Notes: generated from the letters alone by a model not told the origin. Shown: positions 17,601 to 28,326, numbered from the stretch's first letter. The stretch is DNA of 64,000 nt from an uncultured virus (IMG/VR IMGVR_UViG_3300036949_000060) (IMGVR_UViG_3300036949_000060), one strand, 5' to 3'. Translations and numbers: made by a program.

Positions 17601-18532
17601 CGGAGGTTCTTCTTTATTCAAGTTCCAAAGATATTGTTATCGCTACTTGTTTTCCTTTAGGTACTACGATAGGTTTACCGAGAACGGTACGGGTCAAAAG
17701 TACGTTATGTGCTTTGCTGTTTGCTGTTCCCGATTTTTGAGCGTAGCCGACCTCGGTAATTGTGACATCACTTTCCGAATTGTTCGCATACGTTGTGGTA
17801 AGGTTTCGGATATACGGATAAGTTGCACTTGCAACAAAACCATTGGATACGAACGTTAAAACGGGTGAGTCCACGGCGTTTGATTCCGCTAGTATATAAT
17901 CGTCTTTATCTTCGGGTGTGTTGCCAAAACCAACATCTATATATGAACCCGCAAGGCTATTCGAGAAAAATGCCGCCGCATTGTTGGTATTTGCGACTAC
18001 AGTTCCACCGCCGTTGTTTTGCGTGACAGTAGTTCCGTCGAAACCAACAAAACTTTGGTTTGAGAAGTGCCACCTTAAATAATTTGTAAGTTGCATCGTA
18101 TCTCCTTTACGATATTACATAACTGATCTGCTCTTTAATCCTTGACCGCATTTGTCCGACCATTGAATACATTTTCATATTTCCACCGCCCCCGCTCGGA
18201 GCGTATACGTTTTGGGTTGTTCCGTTGATTGTGATTTCTGCGATTTTCTCGCCCTTTGTGTATATCTGATTCCATGATACAGAGTCGCCACTACCGCCCC
18301 CGCCCGTAACGTTTACAACAGTGCGGTCATTGGCTGAATCGTCTGTTACCGTAACCCCGCCCGTAAATTGCAATTTTCCCCTTGCGGGCATATCTGTACC
18401 CGAGGGGTTTTCTATTGTGTGACCCGCTGAACCGCCCCCACCCATATTTGAGTCGATATTATCCATGTTGCGGTTATAGCTTTGTAGGAAGTCCCCGAAA
18501 GGGTCACTCGGTGCGGGTTTTTCTAATCCGTA
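17482..18532. repeat. Direct repeat, copy 1 (matches 62950-64000)
   Basis: Identical translated ORFs and no nucleotide differences seen by eye. Confidence 0.95.
17614..18096 (-). CDS. Tail tip/fibre-associated beta-rich protein
   Basis: GFGNTPE...DY.L...ITEVG...LLTRTVL..PI.V pattern; tail-end position. Confidence 0.6.
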   Translation of the reverse strand: MQLTNYLRWHFSNQSFVGFDGTTVTQNNGGGTVVANTNNAAAFFSNSLAGSYIDVGFGNTPEDKDDYILAESNAVDSPVLTFVSNGFVASATYPYIRNLTTTYANNSESDVTITEVGYAQKSGTANSKAHNVLLTRTVLGKPIVVPKGKQVAITISLELE

Positions 18533-18553
18533 GTTGGGTGTTAAACTTGACAT
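18107..18553 (-). CDS. Tail fibre/adapter protein
   Basis: T.NYGLEKP...N.NMD.ID N-terminus; Gly linkers; KIAEITING module. Confidence 0.65.
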   Translation of the reverse strand: MSSLTPNYGLEKPAPSDPFGDFLQSYNRNMDNIDSNMGGGGSAGHTIENPSGTDMPARGKLQFTGGVTVTDDSANDRTVVNVTGGGGSGDSVSWNQIYTKGEKIAEITINGTTQNVYAPSGGGGNMKMYSMVGQMRSRIKEQISYVIS

Positions 18554-18555
18554 TT

Positions 18556-19626
18556 TTAATACCTCACAAGTCCCGTCTTAAGATTTGACGAATTGCAAAC
18601 AATCCATTCACCGCTAATCGCTTTGGGTGTCAGATCATCGGGTGGGGTTCCTGTGTAAAGCGGGTTAACCTCTTTAAAATCTGTAACAAAAACGCTGTTT
18701 GCGATTCTAAAAGTTGCATATAAGCCATCATCACGCACGATTGCCCTTTTTGCCAAAATACCGCTATCCATGTTTCCGACTAATTCAAGAGGGACGGGTT
18801 TTTCTATGTTGGGCGGTATCTTATACCGTCCGAGTTTCCAATTTGCATAGATTTTTGTCGGATACCACAAAAAACCATTTACGGGAATTGCTGACACATA
18901 TCCGACTTTTGAAAAACCATCTGATCCCGATTGACTTGCGGTTAGTTTAAATACATGAGAGCCGTCTAATACGCTTACTCCGTACACTTTCGCATAATGT
19001 GAGAACCATGTAGGCGAGTCATAGGATATAAAATTCGTATTGTCATACATACCGAGGAACGGTGCACCCAATATCTGTGAACTCGTTACGGTCTGCCCTA
19101 CGGTATTGACCGCTATTACTTTTGCTGTTGCATTGTCGGCTATTTCTCCCGCCACAATGTAAACAACATTTCCCGCACGAACCGCCTGTGGTATTCCGAG
19201 GTCTAAATCTGTGGCTATCGCCGTTCCGTTCAACGAAATAGTTTGTAAAATGGTATCGCTTGTAAGGTCAAAGAATACCAATTCATCGTCAGCGTGGTTT
19301 TCAACTATTCCTGTGTTTGTGCCTTTAATTCTGACAAGCCATGATGTGTTGTTGTACGATGTCCCCTGTTTGTATATATTGGCGGGTATCGTGTGTGATA
19401 CTTCCGTCCACGGTGAAGCCGATGTGTCAAACTTGTATAACTTGTCGTCTCTGAAACTTGTTATCCAACAGTATTGACCCGTTTGGTCGAACTCAGCAAA
19501 ATCACAAGGAAAATTCATATAGTCAACATCGGGAATTTCACCCGTCCCGCTGTCACTTCGTTCGTCGTCATAACCTTGCCCGAATAAAGAAAACCTCATT
19601 TTGTATTTTCCGATAGTTCCACTCAT
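18556..19626 (-). CDS. Putative receptor-binding protein (beta-propeller-like)
   Basis: Beta-rich with repeated short strands; follows the baseplate gene. Confidence 0.5.
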   Translation of the reverse strand: MSGTIGKYKMRFSLFGQGYDDERSDSGTGEIPDVDYMNFPCDFAEFDQTGQYCWITSFRDDKLYKFDTSASPWTEVSHTIPANIYKQGTSYNNTSWLVRIKGTNTGIVENHADDELVFFDLTSDTILQTISLNGTAIATDLDLGIPQAVRAGNVVYIVAGEIADNATAKVIAVNTVGQTVTSSQILGAPFLGMYDNTNFISYDSPTWFSHYAKVYGVSVLDGSHVFKLTASQSGSDGFSKVGYVSAIPVNGFLWYPTKIYANWKLGRYKIPPNIEKPVPLELVGNMDSGILAKRAIVRDDGLYATFRIANSVFVTDFKEVNPLYTGTPPDDLTPKAISGEWIVCNSSNLKTGLVRY

Positions 19627-21095
19627 ACCAAGTCGCTCCATAAAGTAGGGTTATCCGTGACGGTCATATAAACCTTTGCCGAATGTAAACCCTCTCCGAA
19701 AATCGTTTGCGGGTTTGAACAATGAAAGACTCTTTCCCCTTTAAATGATTTTTCCTCGGTAACGTTCATTTCGAGGTCGGTTTCATCGTCAACGATAAGC
19801 CTTACATTGACCGTGGCTGTGGCACTCAATACCATATCAGCCGTTAATATCATTTCTATTTTTTGTGCGAATGTCTTTTGCTCGAACTCTATTTCCGTCA
19901 CAAGGGTTTCGGTTGAGCCGATATTTATCGGTTCGGTGTTAGTGTTATAAAGTAACCAAAAATCCTTATCGCCGATTTTCTGTCCGTTGGAATACTCAGA
20001 AGATAAGCCCTCGATTGTTTTTGTAAATCTGTCTTGTGCCTCTGCTAATCGGGGGTTATCGCCCGAACATACAACAGACATGGTATTGCCGAGTGTCAGC
20101 GTAATTTCGGTTATTGCTCCATAATCGTATTGATCGGCTTGATTTCCGGTAAATTCCAAAACATCGCCAACATCATATAGCGGGTTCATAGGTATATCAG
20201 CCGTGAATGGAACATAATAAATTCCGTCAAACGAATCTATGATTTCTTGTAATGCAACTTGCCTATTTGCTGAGTCTGTGAACTGCAAGAATGGATTTAT
20301 GCCGATATCCAATATGAGACCGCCGGAATTACTATTTGCAACATACTCCTGAACCCCGTCATTCTTATAAACGGCATAAAGACCATCATAAGTCGTTCTA
20401 AAGTCGGACAATCCCGATGAATACCTGAAACCGCTTGTAATGGTATCGGCTGGAGTTGAGCCGTACTGTTTGAGATACAACTTCCCGTCTCTGCCGATAT
20501 AAGAGTAAGTCCCGAGGTATGTCGCAATATAACTCAATACGTCTCTCCAACTCTTTACATCAGTTACCGAATCAGCAAAACCTGTTTTCCTTCTGCCGTT
20601 GGGTAATGCTTCAATCTGTGCCGATGTATTACCGAGTGTCACACCGCAAGCCGCACAAGCCTGTGTGATCCACACATAGGGGCTTTGAATAGCATTGTTA
20701 GCCGATGCAGAAAAGACCACATCATTAAACTTAATCATCGAGTCATAAGCCTTGATTTGTAGCCTATCCATTGTCTGATTTATTTCAGAAATGGTATATA
20801 TTCCCATCGGGATTACATCAGCCGCCCCGTCAAGTTGGATATTAAGAGTTATAGTGCCACCATATAATTCATAGCGGCTGACATTAAGAGACAATTCGCA
20901 ATCGAACTCAGATGCGTAAACAGTCCCGATTTCGAGTTTATCTCCGCATATTGCGCGCGTTATCTTACCCGAGCGGATATCGCCACCATCGAACGGATAT
21001 GTAGTGCCTCCCGTGGTAATGATTGAGCCTGAGTAAATAAAGGTTCTTTCCTTCTGCTTTATTAAATTGCGAAATTCAGTCGATGCACTATACAT
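19623..21095 (-). CDS. Baseplate hub / Tal-like tail protein
   Basis: EIGTVYASEF, IPMGIYTI, AYDSM, P.YDVGD; follows Dit. Confidence 0.7.
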   Translation of the reverse strand: MYSASTEFRNLIKQKERTFIYSGSIITTGGTTYPFDGGDIRSGKITRAICGDKLEIGTVYASEFDCELSLNVSRYELYGGTITLNIQLDGAADVIPMGIYTISEINQTMDRLQIKAYDSMIKFNDVVFSASANNAIQSPYVWITQACAACGVTLGNTSAQIEALPNGRRKTGFADSVTDVKSWRDVLSYIATYLGTYSYIGRDGKLYLKQYGSTPADTITSGFRYSSGLSDFRTTYDGLYAVYKNDGVQEYVANSNSGGLILDIGINPFLQFTDSANRQVALQEIIDSFDGIYYVPFTADIPMNPLYDVGDVLEFTGNQADQYDYGAITEITLTLGNTMSVVCSGDNPRLAEAQDRFTKTIEGLSSEYSNGQKIGDKDFWLLYNTNTEPINIGSTETLVTEIEFEQKTFAQKIEMILTADMVLSATATVNVRLIVDDETDLEMNVTEEKSFKGERVFHCSNPQTIFGEGLHSAKVYMTVTDNPTLWSDLV

Positions 21096-21478
21096 TATTG
21101 TTCGATAAGGTTAAATGATAAGTTTTCAATGCCCTTTTCTATGTTGTAATTATACCAATCTCCTGAGCGATCGCCAACATAAAAAGTGCGGGTTTCTTGT
21201 TCACCGGACAAAAAATCATAATATGTAACATCAAAGAACATATCGCCACACACTACGCTCAGGATCGCTTTTGCCTGTGCGGGCGTAAGATTAGCGTATG
21301 AAACCTCAAGTTTTCTCTTTCTCGCAACTAATGTAGCTATCATGGTTCCATCCTCGGCTCTGCCCGAATCGGCGGACTGAATTGACATTATAGACCATTT
21401 CAATCCGCTTACTTTGGGCTGAATTTCGATACTGCCAAGGTGGAAAAGATACTTTGATATATCTATACTGCCTCTCAT
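21095..21478 (-). CDS. Distal tail protein (DUF6711-like)
   Basis: SGRAEDGTM...K.KL...FYVGDR...SFNLIEQ. Confidence 0.75.
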   Translation of the reverse strand: MRGSIDISKYLFHLGSIEIQPKVSGLKWSIMSIQSADSGRAEDGTMIATLVARKRKLEVSYANLTPAQAKAILSVVCGDMFFDVTYYDFLSGEQETRTFYVGDRSGDWYNYNIEKGIENLSFNLIEQ

Positions 21479-24400
21479 CTTCCGCTCCTTAAGTTCTGCC
21501 TCTGCTGAGCCGTTACAATTACCTTGTCAAGCATACCACCGTCAAGAATGACAGGGATTGTGATATCTCCGCCATTTGCCATAGCAACGCTCTGTGCGAT
21601 GGTTGAGATTATCTGATCCATGTTCATTACGGCTGACTCGCCGCCGAAACTTGTGACGATCTCAGGGCCAGCTTCACCAGCTACAAACAAATCACCTTTG
21701 TCAACGGTTCCGCCGGATGCTCTCATATTGATACGGGGCTCAGCTCTCCTCGGGCCTGTTGCAACCGCTTTGCCGACGGTATTTCCTAATTTTCCAACCT
21801 CGTCTCCAAGCTGAACTATTCCGCCTAACAAAGCACTAAATGTAACTTTGAATTTGTCCTGAATGCTATCTAAAATGGAATTAGTGGACGACTTCAGCTT
21901 GTTCAAGACTGTATTCCAAGCACCGGCAATATCAATGCTACGGATTTTGGTTATTATTCCGCCGAGAGCACCGCCTATTACCTCGTCTTTTATGGAAGTC
22001 CATATCAAGGATATGGCAAGTTTCATGTTCTCAAAGTTGGTTTTGGCATCCTCATACATTAATACAAAAGCGCCTTTGTATACGTCAATCGCCTCGTTTA
22101 ACGAATTGAAGTCAAACAGCTCTTTGAAGAAACCGCCCTCACCGAACCAGTGAAAGTTCTTGTACCACGACGCAGAGCTTGATCCGAGCTTTTCAAGAAT
22201 AGGCCCGATGATATATTTATCAATCAGCTTTCCGATGGCGCCGCCAGCTAATGCAGCTGCAAGTCCGGCAAGTATTGAGGTTCCGATCGAGGTTCCGATA
22301 GCAGTTCCGGCACTTGCGGCACCAGTGCCCGTAGCAGTTGCACTACCGCCAGCGCTAAACAACGCCTTTGCGGTAAGAATAGAGGGGATGGCTTTGGCAA
22401 TAGCGCCACCAATCTTCAGGGCAAAATAAGATCCGATGCCGACTGCGATTTCGTCCATGAAACCGGCTCTTTCAAGGCCATCTGCCACTGCTTTAAACAA
22501 CCCTTTAATGCCGTTTTTGAGTTCAGTAGTATCGGCATTTTCAATAGCTTTTCCAACTTCTTCCCAAGGGATAGCCTTTACAATGGTAGTAAGCAAATTA
22601 ACTATCTTAGTTGCTATGTCGATAGCGTTTCTCACACCTAATTCAAGGTCAATGTTCTTGAAAATGGATGTGATGGCATCGCTTATCCACTGAGAGGCCC
22701 TTTTCCAGTTTATAGTCTTTAACGCACCGGCAGCAAACTCAATTATTTTCTTGAGGCCGTTTGATAGGAATATTCCAGCTTCTTTGGGATCAATCTTGGC
22801 AAGCATATTGTTTATTGCAATACTGAAAGACGCTCCCAGCCCGAAAGCACCCACTCCTCCTATTGCCTCGTTTGCTTCTTCAATCATTCCTTCGATTGCA
22901 ATCCCAAGTTCTTTCCCAATCTTAGGAATCAGGGTCTTGATTGCATCAACAAAGTCTTTGATTGGAAGATTCTCAATCGCATTCACAAACAGCTCTGCAA
23001 TTCCGGCTCCAAGGCCCGTGAGGTCTACGTCCTGAAAGCCGATTACCAACTCAAACAACGCTCTCCATTTCTGAGTCATAGCACGCCCGATTGAGCCCCA
23101 ATCCATGTTGTTTACCATGGATTCAAAGCCGTCGGCTAAATGCTGGCCCAACTGTACGAAATGGAACTCTTTAAAGAATGTGTTGATTGAAAGAGCAATA
23201 GTGTTAATTCCCTCAGCGATAGACTTTCCGAGGAGAGGCATACTAATACCCATCAATACACCATCTAAGAGTGAGCCGAAACGTCTCGCCCATATACGGG
23301 CTGTTGACTGCACGCTGTCCCAGTTGATATTTGCAAGGGCTTCGTTGATCTTTCCGGCTATTCCGGTTCCAAGGATTCTCCAGCTTGAGGAATCAAGGAT
23401 TTTAGCGAGCCAATCGTCAACGGGGACCTCCTCGAACATTTTTGAATAATCGAGGCCGTCACCTGATCCGCCCTTGTTCTTATCATCGAGTTTGTTGAGC
23501 TCGTCAAAAGCAAGAACAGTTCTCTTAAGGGCTTTCGTTGTCATTCCGGCGGCTTCAGCATAAGTGTACTGATATTTCAGTGCCCTTCTCCATACACCAG
23601 CGCCCGAGAGTGCCGCAAGTGCCTGATTGATTGCATTTGTCAGGGCTACAAACCTATCCACAAGAGCGTCAATTATTGGAGCAACCATGTCAATAAGAGG
23701 CGATACAGCAGCACCGATTGAGTTCTTCAGGTAAAGGAAAGCCGTAGCAAGTTTATCCATGGAATCAACAAACTTAGCGGCTGAAGAATAAGTGCTCTGC
23801 CAAGCCTGTCCCCACTGATAAAGGTTCTGTACGCCCTCTTTGATTGCCTTTGAAATCTCTTTCAAGGCCGAACGGATCAATCTATATACAGCTATCCTTC
23901 CGAGCGATGATACAAACTTGTTCCACCTTTTAGACAGGTCTGATATTGTTGTTGCGAATCCTTCAAACGGCTTAATCAGAGTCCTTACAATGCCTTTGGT
24001 AATTCCTGTTGAGGCTGAGCCAAAAGGCATTTTTACAAGGCTATAAAGTGATCTGACAATAAGCGAAACCTTTACAAGCATAAGATTAGCTGCTTTATCA
24101 ATCACACTTGAATTTGAAAGCACGATGCTCTTGATCTGTGACGCTGCGCTTCTCCAAGCCGCGGTCAACTCACCGAGGACGGGAATGTTCTTTGCTATTG
24201 CGCCCGTCATGCCGTCTAAATCGCCTATTATGCCCGTTGAATCAAGAGCAGAGTATAAATCTCTACCCATTTCGGAAATGGCCTTATTTACGGCTTCTAC
24301 GGCCTTTAAAACCGTTTGCCATTTCTTAGCAAGGGTCATGGTCTGATTATTGCTCTGAGCCTGATTTGCCTTCTGCAAAGCCTTTAGAGCTTTACCGGCT

Positions 24401-25047
24401 TTATTTGCAAAGGCGGCTATCTGAGACAGTGATCCCGCTATTCTCTCAAGTCGGGTAAGGGTTTCGTCCGATACAGCCTCATTCAGCCTCTTAGCGAATA
24501 TACCAACGGCATCAGCCACGCCCGCAAATTTAGTCTTGAGGTCCGTGTCCTCTCCAATCTTTGAGAAACTTCTTAGAGCAGAGGCCAGCTTTGCCAAAGT
24601 TGCGGCTTTATTTCCAAAATCAGCGGGAATAAGTTTTGAAATAGATCGTGAAAAATCAATGACATGTGAAGAAACTCGGCGGAGATTTTCACCGAGCTTA
24701 TCAGCGTTTTCGCTCAGCTTAGCTATTCGGGTAAGTCCCGAACCAAACTGAGACACACCTTTTCCGACATCTGACAGCCTTGCGGAAGCGTCAGCTATCT
24801 TATCAAGGTTCTCTTTAAGTTTAGGGGAAACCTGAGTGTTCTGAATTGACTTCAGAGCGCCCGTAAGTTTCCCCAAATTCTTAGATGCGTCGCCGACACG
24901 GGATAGCGAATTAGCAAATGATTTCCACTTGCTATCGCTTGCAGCCGTATTCAGCTTTTCAACAAGAGACGTGATCTGCTTGAGCTGAGCTACGGCTGAA
25001 CCGGTTTCGGCATTTATTCGTATTGTTAAGGAATCAACTTCCGCCAT
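21475..25047 (-). CDS. Tape measure protein
   Basis: 1190-aa helical protein; AFDELNKL; W-spaced repeats; ASGG...FVAGEAGPE. Confidence 0.9.
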   Translation of the reverse strand: MAEVDSLTIRINAETGSAVAQLKQITSLVEKLNTAASDSKWKSFANSLSRVGDASKNLGKLTGALKSIQNTQVSPKLKENLDKIADASARLSDVGKGVSQFGSGLTRIAKLSENADKLGENLRRVSSHVIDFSRSISKLIPADFGNKAATLAKLASALRSFSKIGEDTDLKTKFAGVADAVGIFAKRLNEAVSDETLTRLERIAGSLSQIAAFANKAGKALKALQKANQAQSNNQTMTLAKKWQTVLKAVEAVNKAISEMGRDLYSALDSTGIIGDLDGMTGAIAKNIPVLGELTAAWRSAASQIKSIVLSNSSVIDKAANLMLVKVSLIVRSLYSLVKMPFGSASTGITKGIVRTLIKPFEGFATTISDLSKRWNKFVSSLGRIAVYRLIRSALKEISKAIKEGVQNLYQWGQAWQSTYSSAAKFVDSMDKLATAFLYLKNSIGAAVSPLIDMVAPIIDALVDRFVALTNAINQALAALSGAGVWRRALKYQYTYAEAAGMTTKALKRTVLAFDELNKLDDKNKGGSGDGLDYSKMFEEVPVDDWLAKILDSSSWRILGTGIAGKINEALANINWDSVQSTARIWARRFGSLLDGVLMGISMPLLGKSIAEGINTIALSINTFFKEFHFVQLGQHLADGFESMVNNMDWGSIGRAMTQKWRALFELVIGFQDVDLTGLGAGIAELFVNAIENLPIKDFVDAIKTLIPKIGKELGIAIEGMIEEANEAIGGVGAFGLGASFSIAINNMLAKIDPKEAGIFLSNGLKKIIEFAAGALKTINWKRASQWISDAITSIFKNIDLELGVRNAIDIATKIVNLLTTIVKAIPWEEVGKAIENADTTELKNGIKGLFKAVADGLERAGFMDEIAVGIGSYFALKIGGAIAKAIPSILTAKALFSAGGSATATGTGAASAGTAIGTSIGTSILAGLAAALAGGAIGKLIDKYIIGPILEKLGSSSASWYKNFHWFGEGGFFKELFDFNSLNEAIDVYKGAFVLMYEDAKTNFENMKLAISLIWTSIKDEVIGGALGGIITKIRSIDIAGAWNTVLNKLKSSTNSILDSIQDKFKVTFSALLGGIVQLGDEVGKLGNTVGKAVATGPRRAEPRINMRASGGTVDKGDLFVAGEAGPEIVTSFGGESAVMNMDQIISTIAQSVAMANGGDITIPVILDGGMLDKVIVTAQQRQNLRSGR

Positions 25048-25450
25048 TTTTAATACCTTTATCTTTCAGGGCGTCCGCCCATGCTTTCAGGAAGTTAGCC
25101 ATCTTATTGCCTTCTTCCATAGCCTTTTGATTCCTTGCCCTCTCGGTAATGACGATAGGCTCTTTAAGGTATTCCTCGGCTTTTTTCTGCTTTGAGAACG
25201 GATTAAAGACCGGATATAAAGCGCCTACGGCTTGATAAACATATAAGCCTTGTAACCACGCCTCGTAATTCATGCGGTCCACCCGCATTTCATCAGACTC
25301 ACGATAGGCTTTTACAAGGTTTGGCTCGCCATACCAGTACAATTCGTAGGACATACCGATTGATAGATAATAAGGGAATGCCTCATTGAATATCTCGGTA
25401 TAAGACTTCGTGGAAGGCTTGCCTACACTACCTTCCACTCGATCTTTTTT
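25034..25450 (-). CDS. Tail assembly chaperone GT extension (-1 frame)
   Basis: YYLSIGMSYELYW motif; entered via the slippery site at 25444-25450. Confidence 0.75.
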   Translation of the reverse strand, partial: KKDRVEGSVGKPSTKSYTEIFNEAFPYYLSIGMSYELYWYGEPNLVKAYRESDEMRVDRMNYEAWLQGLYVYQAVGALYPVFNPFSKQKKAEEYLKEPIVITERARNQKAMEEGNKMANFLKAWADALKDKGIKNGGS

Positions 25451-25740
25451 CCATCTTCGGGCTCCTTCATAAGAGCCTCAACGGGCTCATTATAGAGAGC
25501 AATAAGGGCTTCAAAAAGGCCGTCCTTGTTTCCGAGATCCTCCCATATTTCCTCAATTACTGCCTGTGAAACGCGGGGGTGATGTGCGATGAATGCACCT
25601 TTGAACAGAGTAAGAAGCGCAGTAACGGGCTGATTAACAGCGTTGTCTAAGTTGAAACCAACCCTTTCCATCTGCTTAACAGTGTCTCTGTTAAACTCAA
25701 GTGTGTACTGCGTTCCTTTGTGATTGAATGAAATTGCCAT
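25423..25740 (-). CDS. Tail assembly chaperone G (DUF5055-like)
   Basis: YTLEFNR.TVKQME..GF...LF.GAFIAHH. Confidence 0.8.
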   Translation of the reverse strand: MAISFNHKGTQYTLEFNRDTVKQMERVGFNLDNAVNQPVTALLTLFKGAFIAHHPRVSQAVIEEIWEDLGNKDGLFEALIALYNEPVEALMKEPEDGKKIEWKVV

Positions 25741-25769
25741 AAAATTGTTCCTCCTCGTATTAATTCATA

Positions 25770-26423
25770 TTATGATCCTGATGTTGCCTCGGTGTTCATA
25801 GCACCGGCAGTATATACAGGAACGGTCTCGGGTGTTACTGCGATAGTAACAGGGATAGCCTCGTCGGTTCCGCCGCCGCCAAGAACTGCGGTGTAACGTC
25901 CCTTGAATGCAATCTTGAGGATTGATCCGGTAGGGGTGATGGTGTTTCCGGACTTCTGACCGCCTACCCAAAATGCAAGGTTCTCAACATCGCTGGTTCC
26001 CTGTGCAACAAGGGGAAGGGTGGTCTGATCGAGGAATCCACTGAACTCAAGGTTTCCGCCGTTGTCGATAAGAGCGGGAATGTAGACGTGAGCCCAGTCT
26101 GAAAGAGTGGTTACGTCGATAGCGTTGGGAGCCTGTGCCATATCAGGGAAATTCGAGATATCGCAGAGCTTTGAGTAAGAGGGATCGGAAACATCGTAGG
26201 TTGCTACGATAGCTGCGTCGTTTGCGGGTGCAGTGGTGAAAGTAAGGGTCTTTCCACTTACACTGAATCCGGTAGTCATAGCGGTTCCATCCACGGTCAC
26301 TGCTACGGTTCCAGCGGGAGTGCCGGAAAGAGTGAATGACGTGGTTGTGCCATCGCCTGTGAATGCGTCGATGCCGTTTGAGTCTGCAATCATCAGAAAG
26401 CATCCAGCGGTTAAAACTGCCAT
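25770..26423 (-). CDS. Major tail tube protein with an inserted beta-sandwich domain
   Basis: FPDM...P..IDVTTLSD tube motif; insert GDGTTTSF...FTTAPA. Confidence 0.85.
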   Translation of the reverse strand: MAVLTAGCFLMIADSNGIDAFTGDGTTTSFTLSGTPAGTVAVTVDGTAMTTGFSVSGKTLTFTTAPANDAAIVATYDVSDPSYSKLCDISNFPDMAQAPNAIDVTTLSDWAHVYIPALIDNGGNLEFSGFLDQTTLPLVAQGTSDVENLAFWVGGQKSGNTITPTGSILKIAFKGRYTAVLGGGGTDEAIPVTIAVTPETVPVYTAGAMNTEATSGS

Positions 26424-26435
26424 AATAATACCTCC

Positions 26436-26840
26436 TTAAATGTGGTAAATATATTTGTTGGTATCAACAACCCCTCTGTATCTGACAAATCTTCTCGCCT
26501 TATACGTCGGGGATGAAGGTCTTAGCGCCTGATTAGTTGTACGGGAAAACCCGAGCGATACCATTTCAGCATCAATGATCTGCGCTATGGCTTTACACTC
26601 GGATCTTGCTCCGTTGTTCAGGTTTGAATAAATATCGCCCTCGAACACAACTGTATCAAAATTGTTTTCGCGGCTTGAACTGTGCTGTTCCGTATGTTCG
26701 TAGCCATCGAACTGCTGAAAGAACACACAAGGGAACTCTGAGGGCACATCCTCATAATCAGACTTGAGAATGTCGTGATATCCGGCAACTTCAAGCACAT
26801 TATTTATTCTGTTGATTATGATGTTCTCTATGTCTGTCAT
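26436..26840 (-). CDS. Tail terminator-like protein
   Basis: P.EFPCV...IYSN...ID..M..LGF.R; position. Confidence 0.7.
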   Translation of the reverse strand: MTDIENIIINRINNVLEVAGYHDILKSDYEDVPSEFPCVFFQQFDGYEHTEQHSSSRENNFDTVVFEGDIYSNLNNGARSECKAIAQIIDAEMVSLGFSRTTNQALRPSSPTYKARRFVRYRGVVDTNKYIYHI

Positions 26841-27346
26841 TTAAACAACCTCAAAGGCGTGGTTCTTACATATAAGTCCATAGCTTTGAATGCGTGATAC
26901 ATACCTCTTGCGGGGTTCTGCCCCCAGTGCATCTTGCCACCGTGGGGCCAAGCGCCGTGAAAATGATTTAGTTTCGGCGGAACAAGGAACCCTTTGCCCT
27001 GATTGCCCGAATAAGAACTCGGGTAAAATCCAAATTGATCGGCGTATGGGTTTTCATAACTCATGTTTAAGCCGGTTCCGAACTCAAGAAACATGATATC
27101 TTCACCGGACGCCACTAAGTCACAACCGTCATGCTGCCATACAGGCGATGTAGTAACCGTTGTACTTTGGTTTGCTTCATCGCCCTCAAGCGTCTTAGCG
27201 TCCTTGTAGGCATTTGAAACTTCGTCATATCCGACTTGCCATGTATCAGCAAGATAATTGTGCAACGCGCCTTTACTTACGCTTGATAAGTCACTTGAGG
27301 CTTTCTCAAGCCTTGATATTAGTTTGTCACACCCTTTTATCTCCAT
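26837..27346 (-). CDS. HK97 gp10-like tail completion protein
   Basis: MEIKG.DKL start; FLEFGTG motif. Confidence 0.7.
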   Translation of the reverse strand: MEIKGCDKLISRLEKASSDLSSVSKGALHNYLADTWQVGYDEVSNAYKDAKTLEGDEANQSTTVTTSPVWQHDGCDLVASGEDIMFLEFGTGLNMSYENPYADQFGFYPSSYSGNQGKGFLVPPKLNHFHGAWPHGGKMHWGQNPARGMYHAFKAMDLYVRTTPLRLFK

Positions 27347-27719
27347 GGTTTACACGCTTAATTGCAATCGAGGTATGATTTAGGGACTTTGCAACCCTCG
27401 TCACGATGTAATTGTACTTAGGATCGGTATGCTGATCGTCGTTATAAGTCGGCTGAGTGTCGATAAACAATACTGTGTGCTCGTCAATGTTCCAATCCGT
27501 TCCCTGTAAGATTATGACTTTATCATACTCAATACCGGTTCCGAACTGCTCAATTTCGGCCGAGCCCGATGCGGCTGAGATATTGCCTTTTGCCTCGACA
27601 GCTTCTTCATAGCCAGCAGTGTGTTCGCCTGTGAAATTGCCGTCTGCATCGTATCTCTTGGCCTTTGCATTATACAAGCAGTAATAGAATGTTCTCTTGT
27701 TATAATCGAGTGTTCTCAT
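27327..27719 (-). CDS. Head closure/adaptor protein
   Basis: MRTL..NK...GNISAASG...FG...YDKVI; position. Confidence 0.7.
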   Translation of the reverse strand: MRTLDYNKRTFYYCLYNAKAKRYDADGNFTGEHTAGYEEAVEAKGNISAASGSAEIEQFGTGIEYDKVIILQGTDWNIDEHTVLFIDTQPTYNDDQHTDPKYNYIVTRVAKSLNHTSIAIKRVNHGDKRV

Positions 27720-28315
27720 TAAACCACCCTTACGTCAAAGGACGCCGACATTCCCGATTTCTTTCCAACTACCGTGATGGTTACATCGCCCGATGCGACT
27801 GCGGTTATCACTCCATCCACTACCGTTGCGACTGATTCATCGCTACTTTCATAAGTGTACCCCTCATTGACAGTCCGTACAGATTTATCCGTGCAGATTA
27901 CCTCTGTGTAGGTTTGGATATTGGCTGTTGATCCGGCTGAAATAATTTCCTGTGAACTTGCGAACACGGTAACTTCTTCAGGGATTGCCTCACCGATTAT
28001 ACGGCCGTACGGAACTATCTTCTTGAGGAGACTATCTGAAACGTAGCCGTTCTCATAGGTTCTCTTGACCCCGTTCTCGGAATGATCTTTCTCGCCCTCC
28101 GCCCCGCGGTGCAGATAAAGCTCGTTAGCAATCTGCACCTGAACGGTAGCGTATCTGTCGGGAACCTCAGCCAAAACATAGCTTGTGAGAAGGGGATAGG
28201 CCCTATGAACCACGATATCAGCCGCAAGGTCAAGGTAAGTGGATAACATAGCGGAATCAGCCGAAGGGTCGCCGCATATCTGCTGTAACATTGTCAACTT
28301 ATCCGCCTGTGTCAT
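27719..28315 (-). CDS. Head-tail connector with C-terminal Big_2 Ig-like domain
   Basis: GAEGE..HSENGV.RTYE; SSDESVATV.DGVITAV..G.VTITV. Confidence 0.8.
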   Translation of the reverse strand: MTQADKLTMLQQICGDPSADSAMLSTYLDLAADIVVHRAYPLLTSYVLAEVPDRYATVQVQIANELYLHRGAEGEKDHSENGVKRTYENGYVSDSLLKKIVPYGRIIGEAIPEEVTVFASSQEIISAGSTANIQTYTEVICTDKSVRTVNEGYTYESSDESVATVVDGVITAVASGDVTITVVGKKSGMSASFDVRVV

Positions 28316-28326
28316 GTTATCTCTCC

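Noticed and set aside
21620..24751. Many plus-strand ORFs opposite the tape measure gene, and similar antisense ORFs elsewhere
   Set aside because: Shadow frames of real minus-strand genes, with no RBS or recognisable motifs
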